Positions 8,743 to 20,933 of a DNA stretch of 64,000 nt are shown here, piece after piece. Origin of the DNA: an uncultured delta proteobacterium (GTDB lineage: Bacteria > Myxococcota > Myxococcia > Myxococcales > Myxococcaceae); the NCBI GenBank assembly GCA_963796055.1, contig CAWCKH010000001.1, forward strand, positions 32,001 through 96,000, written 5' to 3'. How positions within the stretch are numbered: position 1 is the stretch's first letter; each line of letters opens with the position of its first letter. The notes below the pieces were generated by a model that saw only the letters and a program-made list of their open reading frames with translations, was not told the DNA's origin and did not search any database. Made by a program: the position numbers and the translations under genes.

Positions 8743-9939
8743 GTGGGCCTCCCGACGAGAGCAGCGGTGGCCATGGTGGGGCTGCTCGCGCTGGCTGCCC
8801 TGCCCGTCCGGGCCGAGATCCGGACCGAGCTGCGTTCCGAGCGCTCCGAGCCGGTGGAGCCCATTCTCCGGCTGGCCATCGAGCAGCGCTACGACGACGA
8901 CGTGCTGCTCACCGGAGGGCAGGACGCTCCGGGTGCGTTCCTGACCAAGTTCATGCCGCAGCTGGGGCTGCGGCTGAACCAGCGCACGCTCAAGTTCGAG
9001 GGCTTCTACGGCCCGGACCTCCTCTACCGGAGCACCGGGGGACAGCTCGACGTGGACCACCGCGCCGCGCTCGAGCTGCACACCGACGCTTCCCGCACCG
9101 CGCACATCGATGCGCTTGGGCAGTTCTGGGACACCTCCGACCCGCTCTCGCTCCCGCGGCAGGGCCTGGCGAGGACCCTGGCCCGCACCGTCTATGGTCG
9201 GGCCGAGCTCGGCTGGCGGCAGCGGTTCGCCCCGCGGTGGAGCTTCCTGCTCGGCTATCGCTTCGAGGGGGCGAAGGTCGACGAGCCCGACCACCCGGCC
9301 GGGTTTCTCAACTCGCCGTCGATCGAGGTCGACTATCGGCTGACCCGCCGCGCGGACATCGGGGCCGATTACCGCTTCCAGCTCTTCAACTTCGGGAGCA
9401 CCAACGCCGTGGCCCACAGCCCCGGCCTGGTCTGGAAGTACCGGTTGAGTCGCTCGGCCAACATCAAGGTCTCGGGCGGCGCGGCCTTCTATTCGGAGCA
9501 CCAGGATCCGGCCAAGAACGGCATCGTCCCGCGGTTCGAGATCGATGTCGCCCAGCGAATCACCAAGCGCCTCGACTGGATCTTCGCGGTGGGGCACGAC
9601 CTGGTCGGGGCCAGCGGGTTCAGCACTGCCGTGTGGGCGGATTACGCCAGCCTCACGCTGAGCTGGCAGGTGCTCGAAAAGCTGCGGCTCTTCAGCTACG
9701 GCAGCTTCTTTCGAAACGGTCCCATGCCCAACGTCGGGGTGTTCCCGTTGAAGGTGAACCAGGAGATGGGCGTGGCGGCCGGATACGGCCTGGGAGCGGG
9801 TGCGGAGTGGCGCTTCAACCGGAACGTGGCGATCCAGGCCAGCTACGACCGGCTCGACCAGGTGGGAAGCGTCGACCCGGCGCAGACCAGCCTGACCCGC
9901 AACATCGTCGCCGCACGGCTGACGGTGGATGCGTTCTGA
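8743..9939 (+). CDS. exoB: Outer-membrane beta-barrel partner of OPX (ExoB-like)
   Basis: Signal peptide, alternating aromatic beta-strands, C-terminal Phe; lies between wza and wzc. Confidence 0.7.
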   Translation: MGLPTRAAVAMVGLLALAALPVRAEIRTELRSERSEPVEPILRLAIEQRYDDDVLLTGGQDAPGAFLTKFMPQLGLRLNQRTLKFEGFYGPDLLYRSTGGQLDVDHRAALELHTDASRTAHIDALGQFWDTSDPLSLPRQGLARTLARTVYGRAELGWRQRFAPRWSFLLGYRFEGAKVDEPDHPAGFLNSPSIEVDYRLTRRADIGADYRFQLFNFGSTNAVAHSPGLVWKYRLSRSANIKVSGGAAFYSEHQDPAKNGIVPRFEIDVAQRITKRLDWIFAVGHDLVGASGFSTAVWADYASLTLSWQVLEKLRLFSYGSFFRNGPMPNVGVFPLKVNQEMGVAAGYGLGAGAEWRFNRNVAIQASYDRLDQVGSVDPAQTSLTRNIVAARLTVDAF

Positions 9940-9949
9940 CGGAGAGACG

Positions 9950-11356
9950 ATGGATCGAGGACTGACCGCAGACGACGTGGCGAGGGCGCTCGGGCGGCGG
10001 CCCTGGGTGGTGCTCGGCGTCACCGCGCTGGTGCTGTCGGTGGGGACCGCGTACGTGCTGACCCGTCCCCGGGTGTGGAAGGCGACGTCGGTGGTCCGGG
10101 TCGAGCCGCAGCAGACCGACGCCCAGCTGGTGCAGCGCACCGTGGGGGACGTCGAGCCGCGGCTGCTGAGCCTCCGCCAGGCGATGCTCGGCGGGCCGGT
10201 GCTCGGCCGGGTGGTGGACCAGCTGAAGCTCTACCCGGATCTCGTATCCCGGCGTGGCAAGGAGGCTGCCATCGAGCAGCTCCGGGAGGCGATCGACGTC
10301 AAGCCCACCTGGAACGCGTTCGAGGTGACGGTGAGCGCCGGGAATCCGAAGCAGGCGGCGGACGTCGCCAACCTCGTTCCCACCGTGTTCGCCCAGATCA
10401 CCAACGAGACCCGTGCCTCGCAGGCCGCGGACGCGACAGGGGTATTCGATGCCCAGGTGAAGGAGCTCCAGGATCGGGTGAACGGCTGGCAGCAGAAGAT
10501 CATCGCCTTCAAGGTGGCGCACGTCGGTGAGCTGCCGGAGCAGATGGAGGCCAACATGCGCCAGCTGGATCGCCTCTCCGGAGAGATCCGCGCCCGCACC
10601 GAGCAGCTCCGGGCGACCGAGGCTCGCCGCAGCGACCTGGCCCTGCTGCGCAACGGAGGCGACACCGAGGTCGGGCGCGCCCAGATGGTGGTCGATCAGC
10701 TCGAGCAGCAGCTGGCGGGGGCGAGGACCCAGTACACCGAGGACCACCCGGAGGTGGTGCGCCTGACCCGCGAGCTGAAGGCCGCGCGGGGCCGTGCCCG
10801 CGAGGCCGACGCGCGGCTGGGCGTGCAGCGCGACGAGCGGACCCGGGCCAGCCGCGAGGCGGCGGCGATCCAGCGCGACGTCGACGGGCTGGAGAAGGAG
10901 ACGAAGACCTACCAGGACCGGCTGGACCGGACCCCGCGGTGGGCGGCGGAGCTGGCCGGCCTGGAGCGGGAGTACGACATCGCCCGAACCAAGTACCAGT
11001 CGGTGCTGGGGCGGAAGGTGGAGGCGGAGATCGCCCAGGACATCGAGGCCCGCAACGCGCCGCGCCTGTTCAGCCTGGTGAGCCCCGCGGCGCCACCGGT
11101 GGTTCCCGCCAAGCCGGATCGCTTCGGGGGGCTGATGGTGGTGCTGGTGGCTGCGCTGGGGGCGGGGGTGCTCTGTGGGGTGATGCTGGACCTGCGCGAC
11201 GAGACCTTCCACGACGCGCGGCAGCTGCGCGGCGAGCTGCCCTTGCCCGTCCTGGCCATCGTCCCGGCGATGAACGGGCGCACCGAGCGCCGGGTCCTCC
11301 TGCCGGCCTCCCCTCTGCGGAGCCCACCACCCCAGACGTCCGACAGCCTGAACTGA
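9950..11356 (+). CDS. exoC: Polysaccharide co-polymerase (Wzc/GumC, ExoC-like)
   Basis: Two TMs flanking a coiled coil; YTEDHPEV; PVVPAKPDR; LPLPVLAIVP. Confidence 0.85.
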   Translation: MDRGLTADDVARALGRRPWVVLGVTALVLSVGTAYVLTRPRVWKATSVVRVEPQQTDAQLVQRTVGDVEPRLLSLRQAMLGGPVLGRVVDQLKLYPDLVSRRGKEAAIEQLREAIDVKPTWNAFEVTVSAGNPKQAADVANLVPTVFAQITNETRASQAADATGVFDAQVKELQDRVNGWQQKIIAFKVAHVGELPEQMEANMRQLDRLSGEIRARTEQLRATEARRSDLALLRNGGDTEVGRAQMVVDQLEQQLAGARTQYTEDHPEVVRLTRELKAARGRAREADARLGVQRDERTRASREAAAIQRDVDGLEKETKTYQDRLDRTPRWAAELAGLEREYDIARTKYQSVLGRKVEAEIAQDIEARNAPRLFSLVSPAAPPVVPAKPDRFGGLMVVLVAALGAGVLCGVMLDLRDETFHDARQLRGELPLPVLAIVPAMNGRTERRVLLPASPLRSPPPQTSDSLN

Positions 11357-11369
11357 GGATGAGACCGAC

Positions 11370-12119
11370 GTGATGCGAGAGAGCCAGATGATGAACGACG
11401 CCCGGACGGAGAACTTCCTCCACCGCGCCGACGGAACCTCGGTGAACCAGGCCCCGGTGAACGACCGGGTGGTCTCGCTCACCGCGCCCGGCTCGGTCGC
11501 CGCCGAGCAGTACCGGTCCCTCTACTACCGGCTGGAGCGGCTCAGGGATTCGCGGCCGATGCGCCTGGTGGCCTTCACCTCGGCGCTCTCCGGGGAGGGG
11601 AAGACGGTCACCGCGGTGAATCTGGCGCTCACCTCGGCCCGGGCCAACCCGGACCGGCGCATCCTCCTCATCGACGCCGACCTCCGCCGCGGGCAGGTGG
11701 CGGAGCTGCTCTCGTTCCGTGCCCGGCCCGGTCTCTCCGAGCTGCTGGTGGGCGACGCCGAGCTGCGCGAGGTGGTGCGCCGGTTCAAGGCCAACCGCCT
11801 GGCGGTCATTCCCTCGGGGCAGGCGTCGGAGGAGCCGACGCAGCTGCTGGCGAGCCCACGGATGAAGGAGCTGCTCCGCGCGGTGCGCGAGGGCTTCGAC
11901 GAGGTCTATCTCGACCTGCCGCCGGCGCTGCCGTTCGCCGACGCGTCGATCCTCGGGACGCTCTCCGACGCGGTGGTGCTGGTGGTGCGCGCCAACGCCA
12001 CCGCGGGCAAGCACGTGCACCAGGCACTGGAGCACCTGGCGGGAGCGAGCGTGGTGGGGTGCGTGCTCAACGGCGCAGCGCCGGCGAGCACGCCGTACCT
12101 CAAGTCGTACGTGCGGTGA
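11370..12119 (+). CDS. exoD: BY-kinase, CpsD/CapB family (ExoD-like)
   Basis: AAEQYRSL, TSALSGEGKT, LLIDADLRR, DLPP; C-terminal Tyr residues. Confidence 0.9.
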   Translation: MMRESQMMNDARTENFLHRADGTSVNQAPVNDRVVSLTAPGSVAAEQYRSLYYRLERLRDSRPMRLVAFTSALSGEGKTVTAVNLALTSARANPDRRILLIDADLRRGQVAELLSFRARPGLSELLVGDAELREVVRRFKANRLAVIPSGQASEEPTQLLASPRMKELLRAVREGFDEVYLDLPPALPFADASILGTLSDAVVLVVRANATAGKHVHQALEHLAGASVVGCVLNGAAPASTPYLKSYVR

Positions 12120-12194
12120 GACCTGGGCGTCCGGAGGGTGGACGCGTGGGGTGGGGGAGGGCGGCGGCGGCGGCGGGAAGGGCGGGCAGGGGAG

Positions 12195-13565
12195 ATGTAT
12201 CGGGTCTTCAACCACTGGGTCTCTGGACGCAAGACGTTGCTCTTCGTGGCGGAGAGCGCGGCCATCGCCGCCGCCTGCGCCACCGGCGCGGTGATGCTGG
12301 CCCGGGCGCTGGCGGCGGAGAGCACGGCGAGCCGCACGCACCACGAGGGCCTCACCGCAAGCCTCCTGGTGCTCCTCTCGGTGGGCTTCGTCACCGCGTA
12401 CCAGGCGGCGCTCTACTTCCTCGACCTGTATGACCTGCGGGTGGCGGCGGAGGACCGGGGGCGCGGCGCACGGCTGGTCCGGGCGCTGGGGATCGCCGCG
12501 CTGTTCATGGCCATGGCGCTGACCGCGCTCCGCATCCGTCCCCCCGAGGGGGTGGTGCTCGGGGGCGCGTTCGGTGCGCTGCTGGGGGTGATCCTCGCCC
12601 GCGGTGTGCTGGGCAGCGCGCTCGCCCGTCCGACCCGGGTCCTGATCGTCGGTCAGGGTCCACGGGCCCACCGGCTGCTGGAGCTGCTGGACGGCGCCGA
12701 GGAGGCCACCGAGATCGCGGCGGTGGTGGACGCCCGCCGGCTAGGGCCGGGGAAGGAGAGCCTGCTCGACGTGGCGCGGCGGGCCCGGGCCGAGGCGGTC
12801 ATCCTCGCCACCGAGCGTGGACAGGAGCGCGCCACCCCGGAGGATCTGGCACGGTGCCGCTACTCCGGCGTCCGGGTCTACAGCGCGCCCCAGTACTGCG
12901 AGCGCATCCTCCGCCGCATCCCGGTGCACGTGCTGGACGGGGTGCAGTTCGCCACCGCCGACGAGCTCACCCAGGGACCGCTGCGGCGGGCCTGGAAGCG
13001 GGCCTTCGACCTGGTGGTGGCGACCGCTCTGCTGGTGCTGGCCGCGCCGCTGATGGTGGTGCTGGTGGTGCTGATCCGGCTCGACTCGCGCGGCCCGGCG
13101 TTCTACCGCCAGGAACGCGTGGGCCGGAACGGCAGGACCTACGACCTGTGGAAGTTCCGCAGCATGCGGCTGGACGCGGAGAAGAACGGGGCGGTCTGGG
13201 CACAGGCCAAGGACGACCGGGTGACGCGGGTGGGCCGGTTCATCAGGAAGACACGCATGGACGAGATCCCACAGGTCCTCAACGTCCTTCGAGGCGACAT
13301 GAGCTTCGTCGGCCCGAGACCCGAGCGGCCGGTGTTCATCGAGATCATCTCCCACGACGTGCCGTACTACGCGCTGCGCGAGGGAGTGAAGCCGGGCATC
13401 ACCGGCTGGGCGCAGATCCGCTACCCCTACGGTGCCTCGGTGGAGGACGGCCGCAACAAGCTGGAGTTCGACCTGTACTACGTGAAGAACGGCACCTTGT
13501 TCCTCGACGTCGCCATCATCTTCCACACCGTGCGGCACGTGCTGCTCGGTCGGGGGGCGCGATGA
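12195..13565 (+). CDS. exoE: Polyisoprenyl-phosphate hexose-1-phosphate transferase (ExoE-like)
   Basis: KRAFD...KFRSM..DAE...DDRVTRVGRFIRKTRMDEIPQ..NVLRGDMSFVGPRPE. Confidence 0.92.
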   Translation: MYRVFNHWVSGRKTLLFVAESAAIAAACATGAVMLARALAAESTASRTHHEGLTASLLVLLSVGFVTAYQAALYFLDLYDLRVAAEDRGRGARLVRALGIAALFMAMALTALRIRPPEGVVLGGAFGALLGVILARGVLGSALARPTRVLIVGQGPRAHRLLELLDGAEEATEIAAVVDARRLGPGKESLLDVARRARAEAVILATERGQERATPEDLARCRYSGVRVYSAPQYCERILRRIPVHVLDGVQFATADELTQGPLRRAWKRAFDLVVATALLVLAAPLMVVLVVLIRLDSRGPAFYRQERVGRNGRTYDLWKFRSMRLDAEKNGAVWAQAKDDRVTRVGRFIRKTRMDEIPQVLNVLRGDMSFVGPRPERPVFIEIISHDVPYYALREGVKPGITGWAQIRYPYGASVEDGRNKLEFDLYYVKNGTLFLDVAIIFHTVRHVLLGRGAR

Positions 13566-14611
13566 CTCTGCCCGAGCCGGTCTCGGTCGACGTGCTTCCG
13601 GAAGTCCGGGTCCTGCCGCGCCCGGGGCCCCGGCCGGCGCGACCGCTCCGGGTGGCGGCCCTCGGCGGAGGGACCGGGCTGCCGGTCGTGCTCCGCGGGC
13701 TGGCCCGACGCGCGCGGCCCCGGAACGGCCGGGCCGGCATCGAGATCACCGCGGTGGTGGCGATGAGCGACGACGGGGGCAGCTCCGGCCGCCTCCGCCG
13801 GACCCGAGGCTTGCTGCCCCCGGGAGACGTGCGGAACTGCCTGGTGGCGCTGTCCGGCTCGCCCGGCGCCCTGGCGGACGTGTTGCAACACCGGTTTGGC
13901 GGACGGGGATCACTGGCCGGACACGCGCTGGGAAACCTGCTCCTGGCCGCGCTGGCCGAGATGCACGGCGACTTCCTCCAGGCGATCCGCACCGCCTCCC
14001 GGCTGCTCGACACCCGGGGGACGGTGCTCCCCTCCACCGTGGACCCGGTGCAGCTGGCGGCCGAGCTGGAGGACGGGCGTCGGGTGCTCGGGGAGCGCCA
14101 CCTCGCCGGGGCGGGCACCCGGGTGCGCCGGGTGTTCCTCCATCCGGTGCGGCCGGCCCCCGCGGACGGTGTGCTCGAGGCCATCGCCTCGGCCGACCTC
14201 GTCACCCTGGGTCCGGGCTCGCTGTACTCCAGCGTCCTTCCGAATCTCCTGGTGGACGGAGTGGCCGAGGCGCTACAGGCCACCCGGGCCCGCCGCGTCC
14301 TGGTGGCCAACCTCATGACCGAGCCCGGAGAGACCGGGGGAATGAGCGCCGTCGACCACGTTCGCGCGGTGCTGGAGCACGCCGGTCCAGTGGTGGACGT
14401 GGTCCTGCTGAACTCGGCTCCCCTCGGAGGCGCCCGGCTCGGCCGCTACGCGCTGACCGGGGCCGAGCCTGTGGCGATCGACCTCGATCGCCTCCGGGCA
14501 CTGGGTGCGGTTCCGGTCCAGGCGGATCTGCTCCGGGCGGGTCCCAGGTTGCGGCACGATGCCCGGAAACTCCGGAAGGCCCTGCTCTCCGTGGTCTCCG
14601 GGCAGGGATGA
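13562..14611 (+). CDS. exoF: YvcK/UPF0052 UDP-sugar-binding family protein (ExoF-like)
   Basis: ALGGGTGL, SDDGGSSGRLR, PGDVRNCL, GPGSLYSS, NLMTEPGET; ATGA overlap with exoE. Confidence 0.85.
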   Translation: MTLPEPVSVDVLPEVRVLPRPGPRPARPLRVAALGGGTGLPVVLRGLARRARPRNGRAGIEITAVVAMSDDGGSSGRLRRTRGLLPPGDVRNCLVALSGSPGALADVLQHRFGGRGSLAGHALGNLLLAALAEMHGDFLQAIRTASRLLDTRGTVLPSTVDPVQLAAELEDGRRVLGERHLAGAGTRVRRVFLHPVRPAPADGVLEAIASADLVTLGPGSLYSSVLPNLLVDGVAEALQATRARRVLVANLMTEPGETGGMSAVDHVRAVLEHAGPVVDVVLLNSAPLGGARLGRYALTGAEPVAIDLDRLRALGAVPVQADLLRAGPRLRHDARKLRKALLSVVSGQG

Positions 14612-14708
14612 GGCCGGCGTCGCTGACCGATGCCGACAGACCGCGCCGGACGCAGCGCTCCCGGGCGGCCGGAGGGTAGCGCGCGCGAGGAGCCGGCCGG
14701 GCTGCTCC

Positions 14709-15515
14709 TCAGCGCTTCGTGGCCTCGATCAGGAAGATCCGTGGAATGGCCGGGACCCAGCGTGGCACCACGAGCCAGGGCCAGCGGCCCACCTCCGCGG
14801 CGAGAGTTGCGAGGTCGTGGGCGATGACGCTCCACCCGAGTGGCGCGAGGAGCGCCTCGGGTTCGTCCGTCCCGAAGCGCCAGGGGGCGCCGAGGCTCTC
14901 CACGAACTCGAGCATCGGAAGGACCAGCGGCATGTCCAGCAGGGTGCGGCCGAACACGTCCCCGAGCAGCTCGCTCCCGGAGGCCGAGAGTTCATCGAGC
15001 CGCTCGAGGAGCCCGTCGACGAGCGCCTGGTCGAGGTAGGCAAGCAGTCCCTCGACGAGCCACAACGTCCGATGCTCCGGACGGAAGCCGTGTGCCACCA
15101 GTGCCGCGGGCCAGTCCTGCGCGAGATCGATCGCCACCTCCACCCGGTTGCAGCGCGGCACCGCAGCGCCCAGCCGCTCGCGCTTGAGCTCGAGGACCTC
15201 GGGCAGATCGATCTCGAAGAGCCGCGTTCCGGCCGGCCACTCGAGCCGGAAAGCCCGGGAGTCCATTCCGGCGGCGAGGAGCACCACCTGTGACCCGCGA
15301 ACGATTCGCTGGTCGAAGAACCGCGTCCGGACAGGGACGGTCGGCGCCTCGAAGGGCGCGATGACCCACGCGGCGTCGAGCACCTCGAAGCCCTCCGGGC
15401 CTGCGAGGGTTCGGGCGAACGGGTCGTGGAAGAGCGCGTCGGGGCGCTCGCTCTCGACCGCTCGCAACGCAGCCGCCCACACGGAGGTCAGCGCGACGCC
15501 GTGCACCGCCGTCAC
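14709..15515 (-). CDS. SAM-dependent methyltransferase (LCM/TIGR00027-like)
   Basis: AALRAVES.RPDALFHDPFA; RTRFFD; VLLAAGMDSRAFRL; EGLLAYL. Confidence 0.88.
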   Translation of the reverse strand: MTAVHGVALTSVWAAALRAVESERPDALFHDPFARTLAGPEGFEVLDAAWVIAPFEAPTVPVRTRFFDQRIVRGSQVVLLAAGMDSRAFRLEWPAGTRLFEIDLPEVLELKRERLGAAVPRCNRVEVAIDLAQDWPAALVAHGFRPEHRTLWLVEGLLAYLDQALVDGLLERLDELSASGSELLGDVFGRTLLDMPLVLPMLEFVESLGAPWRFGTDEPEALLAPLGWSVIAHDLATLAAEVGRWPWLVVPRWVPAIPRIFLIEATKR

Positions 15516-15653
15516 CTCGGCTTCTGGGTCAGACCCACGCCGAGGATACGCGGGAGCTCCGCGCCCGGTCAGCCCGCGCCTCGAACTGCCTCGAGCACCC
15601 AGCCCGCGCGGACGAGCCGAGACCACACCCGAAGTGGGTCGTCCATCCGTCCT

Positions 15654-16331
15654 TCAGGTTGCATCGACGCCGAGGAGTCGCGCCAGCTCCTCGCCGGTAT
15701 CGGCGGCCTCGGCGCCGGTGGCGAGCACCTCCTGCGGCCGGAAGCCCCACAGCACCCCCACCGGGCGCATCGAGGCGGCGCGGGCGGTGAGGATGTCCAC
15801 GCCGGTGTCGCCGACGAAAGCCACCGACTCGGGCGGGGCGGCGAGCGCATCCGCCAGCGCCAGCGCCGAGGCCGGATCCGGCTTGCGAGGCACGCCGGGA
15901 CGCTCGCCGAAGACGGCGCGGAACTCCCACTGGCTGCAGAGCGCATCGACCAGTTGCCGCGTGGGTCCATCGGGCTTGTTGCTCAGGACGGCCACCGGCA
16001 CGCGGGCGGACTGCAGCGCGTCGAGCACCCGAGCGATGCCGGGGAAGAGCCGCGTCTCGTCGAGGAGGTGCTCGGCGTAATCGGCCTGGTAGGCGGCAAC
16101 GAAGGCTTCGCGCATCGCCTCGGCGCCGGGCGGGAGCGCGCGCTCCACCAGCTTTCGCACCCCCTCGCCGACGAAGGTGCGGTAGGCCGACACCGGGTGC
16201 ACCGGAAACCCCTGCGCGGCGAGCGTCCGGTTCATCGCCGAGGCGATGTCGGCCAGCGAGTCGGCCAGGGTGCCGTCGAGGTCGAAGATCACCCCGCCCG
16301 GGCGGTCGGCGGAAGTGCCGGACGGGTCCAC
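15654..16331 (-). CDS. HAD-family phosphatase (phosphoglycolate phosphatase-like)
   Basis: IFDLDGTLADS, LSNK, KPDP, FVGDTGVD, VLWGF. Confidence 0.9.
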   Translation of the reverse strand: MDPSGTSADRPGGVIFDLDGTLADSLADIASAMNRTLAAQGFPVHPVSAYRTFVGEGVRKLVERALPPGAEAMREAFVAAYQADYAEHLLDETRLFPGIARVLDALQSARVPVAVLSNKPDGPTRQLVDALCSQWEFRAVFGERPGVPRKPDPASALALADALAAPPESVAFVGDTGVDILTARAASMRPVGVLWGFRPQEVLATGAEAADTGEELARLLGVDAT

Positions 16332-16339
16332 CGGCTCGC

Positions 16340-17278
16340 TCAGGGGGACCCGGTGAGCTGCTGCCGCAGCTGGGCCACGCCGGCGCGGAGCTGGGGCGGC
16401 ACGTTCTGGGGCGGGGTGACCGCGAGGTAGCCCTCGAAGTCCTGCAGCGCCTCCCGGGGCTCCTGGGCCTGCATGTGGATCATCCCCCGGAAGATGAGCG
16501 CCGAGCTCCCATCCGGGTAGAGGTCGGCCAGCCTCCCCAGCTCGGCCATTCCCGCCTCCCTCTGCCCCTGGACGACCTTCAGGAAGGCGCGGTGGACCCG
16601 CAGCTCGGTGCGGAAGGGGTCCACTCCCAGCGCACGCTCGTTGAGCTCCTGCGCCTGCTGGAAGTCGCTCCGGGTGATGAGCTCGCGGATGACCTCCCCG
16701 GTGAGTGCCAGGTCCCCGCCGGGGTTGTCCCTGACCTGCGCCAGCGCGGTCTGGAATTCGCGGTCCTGGGCCTCGGCGCCCGGTGCCCCCGGCCCGCCGC
16801 GGCCGACGGTCCCGGTGGCGGTCTCGCCCTCGGCGCGCGGCTTCTGCTCCTGCGAGAGCCAGAGCCCGAGCGCCCCGAAGAAGACCACCACCCCCGCGCC
16901 CCAGGCTGCGCCCACCAGCTGAGGGTGCCGGCCGAAGAAGCCGCTGGGCACCGCGGCAGCGGTGGCCCGAGCGCCCTTCTTCCCGGAAGCCGCCGTCTCC
17001 GGTCCCTTCGCCACCTCGTCCCGGGCCCGCATCGCGTCCGCCGCAGCGTGCTCCAGCCGGTCGTGCTCCTCCTGCCAGGCAGCAGGGTCCATCTGGTGCT
17101 TCTCGGCCTGGTGCTCGCGCAGCTGGGACAGCAGCGATTCGACCCGGCGCTGCGCGTCCGTGCTCCGGTCGACAGGGACCACGGCGGCGCGCTTCCGGCC
17201 GAAGAGGAGGTACAGCGCCCCGGCGACGAGCCCGAGCGACAGCACGACGATGCCTGGAATCCAGTGGCTCTCGGTCAC
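16340..17278 (-). CDS. ccmI: CcmI/CycH-like TPR membrane protein
   Basis: Two TMs plus C-terminal TPR helices; overlaps ccmH, last ccm gene. Confidence 0.6.
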   Translation of the reverse strand: MTESHWIPGIVVLSLGLVAGALYLLFGRKRAAVVPVDRSTDAQRRVESLLSQLREHQAEKHQMDPAAWQEEHDRLEHAAADAMRARDEVAKGPETAASGKKGARATAAAVPSGFFGRHPQLVGAAWGAGVVVFFGALGLWLSQEQKPRAEGETATGTVGRGGPGAPGAEAQDREFQTALAQVRDNPGGDLALTGEVIRELITRSDFQQAQELNERALGVDPFRTELRVHRAFLKVVQGQREAGMAELGRLADLYPDGSSALIFRGMIHMQAQEPREALQDFEGYLAVTPPQNVPPQLRAGVAQLRQQLTGSP

Positions 17279-17748
17279 CGGCGCAGCTCCGCCCGCACCG
17301 CCTCGAGGTACGGGTCGTCCGCCGCGGCGCGCGGCTTCTCCGGCTCCGTCTCCGGCGGGGCAGCAGCGGGGGCGGGCACCGGGCGCCGCATGGTCCGGGC
17401 GATGGCCAGCCCTCCGCCGACGAGGAGCGCCAGCGGCAGCAGCCAGACCAAGAGATTCATCCCGCTGGCCGGCGGCTCGAGCAGCGCCCACTCGCCGTAG
17501 CGGGAGGTGAAGTAGTCGCGGATCTCCTGGTCCGTCTTCCCGGCGGCGACCAGCTCGCGGACCTTGTCCATCTGTGCCCGCGCCGCGGACGAGCCGGAGT
17601 CGGCGATGGAGAGCCCCTGGCACATCGGGCAGCGGAGCTGCTTGCCGAGCGCCTGGACCCGGGCCTCGCGCGGCGGGTCGAGCAACGCGCTCCCGGCCTG
17701 CTGCGGGGCGTACGTCGAGAGGACGAGGCCGAGCACCAGGGCGGTCAT
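17275..17748 (-). CDS. ccmH: Cytochrome c biogenesis protein CcmH
   Basis: LRCPMCQGLSIADS...RYGEWALLEPP. Confidence 0.92.
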   Translation of the reverse strand: MTALVLGLVLSTYAPQQAGSALLDPPREARVQALGKQLRCPMCQGLSIADSGSSAARAQMDKVRELVAAGKTDQEIRDYFTSRYGEWALLEPPASGMNLLVWLLPLALLVGGGLAIARTMRRPVPAPAAAPPETEPEKPRAAADDPYLEAVRAELRR

Positions 17749-18298
17749 CGGATGACCTCGGACACCGGGCCCGCCGGCTGCTTCAGCGCGGCGAGCTTCT
17801 TCATCATCGTGCGCGGGTCGATGGGGAAGGCCACCTTGTCGCGGATGATGCCGCTGGCGTCGATGAAGTAGGTCTCGGGGATACCGGTCACCCCGTAGTC
17901 GACCGCCATCCGCGACCGCTCGTCCACCAGCTGCGGGAAGCTCGGATCCGGCGTACCGGCGAACGCGCGGGCGTTCTCCTCGGTGTCCTCGAACACCACC
18001 CCGAAGAACTGGACCTCCTGGCCGAACCGCTCTGCCGCCATGGCGACGACCGGGTGCTCCATCTTGCAGGGGCCGCACCAGCTCGCCCAGAAGTTGAGGA
18101 CCAGAGGCTTGCCCTTCAAGTCGGACAGCTTCACCGGAGTGCCGTTGTCCAAGCGCTTCAGGGTGAAGTCTGGCGCCGGCTTGCCCCGAAGCTGGAAGGG
18201 GACCTCGTGCGGATCCCTCCCGAAGCCCTTGGCCAGCACGAAGAGCAGCACCCCGGTGACCGCGGCGAGCGACAGGCCGATCCACAGCCCACGCCTGC

Positions 18299-18302
<4 letters not shown>
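17745..18302 (-). CDS. ccmG: Thiol:disulfide oxidoreductase CcmG/DsbE
   Basis: LNFWASWCGPCKMEHP; YGVTGIPETYFID. Confidence 0.9.
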
Positions 18303-20307
<2,005 letters not shown>

Positions 20308-20311
<4 letters not shown>

Positions 20312-20781
20312 CGGGCCTCCGCCGTGGGCGCCGAGACCGTGGTCTTCCACCTGTCCGGCCCATCCCCGGGCTTGGGCGGACGGTACTCGTTGGAGTGGTT
20401 CACCATGAGGCGCGACGAGGTGAACGTCTGTGACTTGTCGAACGTTCCCTCGACGACCACGCCGATCTTTTCGCGGAACATCTGAGGCGGCGTCTCGGTG
20501 GACTGGACCATGACCGAGGGCGCGCCCGGCGCCGTGCTGTCGGCGACCCGGAAGGTGAGGTGGGTCCGGGCCGCATCCCACTGGAGACTCCCCGGCTGCA
20601 CGATGCCTCCCAGGCGGATAGTGGGGCCGTAGGCCTTGCTCCCCTGGGCGAGCATCTCTCCCGGGGTCCAGTAGAAGACCAGGTTCTTCCCGATGTTTCC
20701 GAAGGCGACGTAGGCCAGACCGGCGCCGGCAGTGAGCAGCGCGACCAGGGCGATCAGGCGATTGCGGGTGGTGGGGTTCAC
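20308..20781 (-). CDS. ccmE: Heme chaperone CcmE
   Basis: NLVFYWTP, IRLGG, PQMFRE..GVVVEG, HSNEY (HxxxY). Confidence 0.93.
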
Positions 20782-20933
20782 TTCCGCTCCTCCCGCGGCC
20801 AGCGGGCCCACAGCGACAGGGCGTAGAGCACGATGCCCGTCCAGGCGATGCCGTACGCCGTCCAGACGTAGCCCCAGCCCCCGCGGATTCTTCCCTCGCC
20901 GACCGCGGCGAGGACCAGGCTCAAGGTGTTCAC
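20778..20933 (-). CDS. ccmD: Heme exporter protein CcmD
   Basis: 51 aa, GYVWTAYGI TM segment plus charged tail; overlaps both ccmC and ccmE. Confidence 0.7.
   Translation of the reverse strand: MNTLSLVLAAVGEGRIRGGWGYVWTAYGIAWTGIVLYALSLWARWPREERK

Noticed and set aside
8173..9939. OPX lacking an outer-membrane helix plus a separate beta-barrel as a novel secretion system
   Set aside because: This composite translocon architecture is already described in myxobacteria
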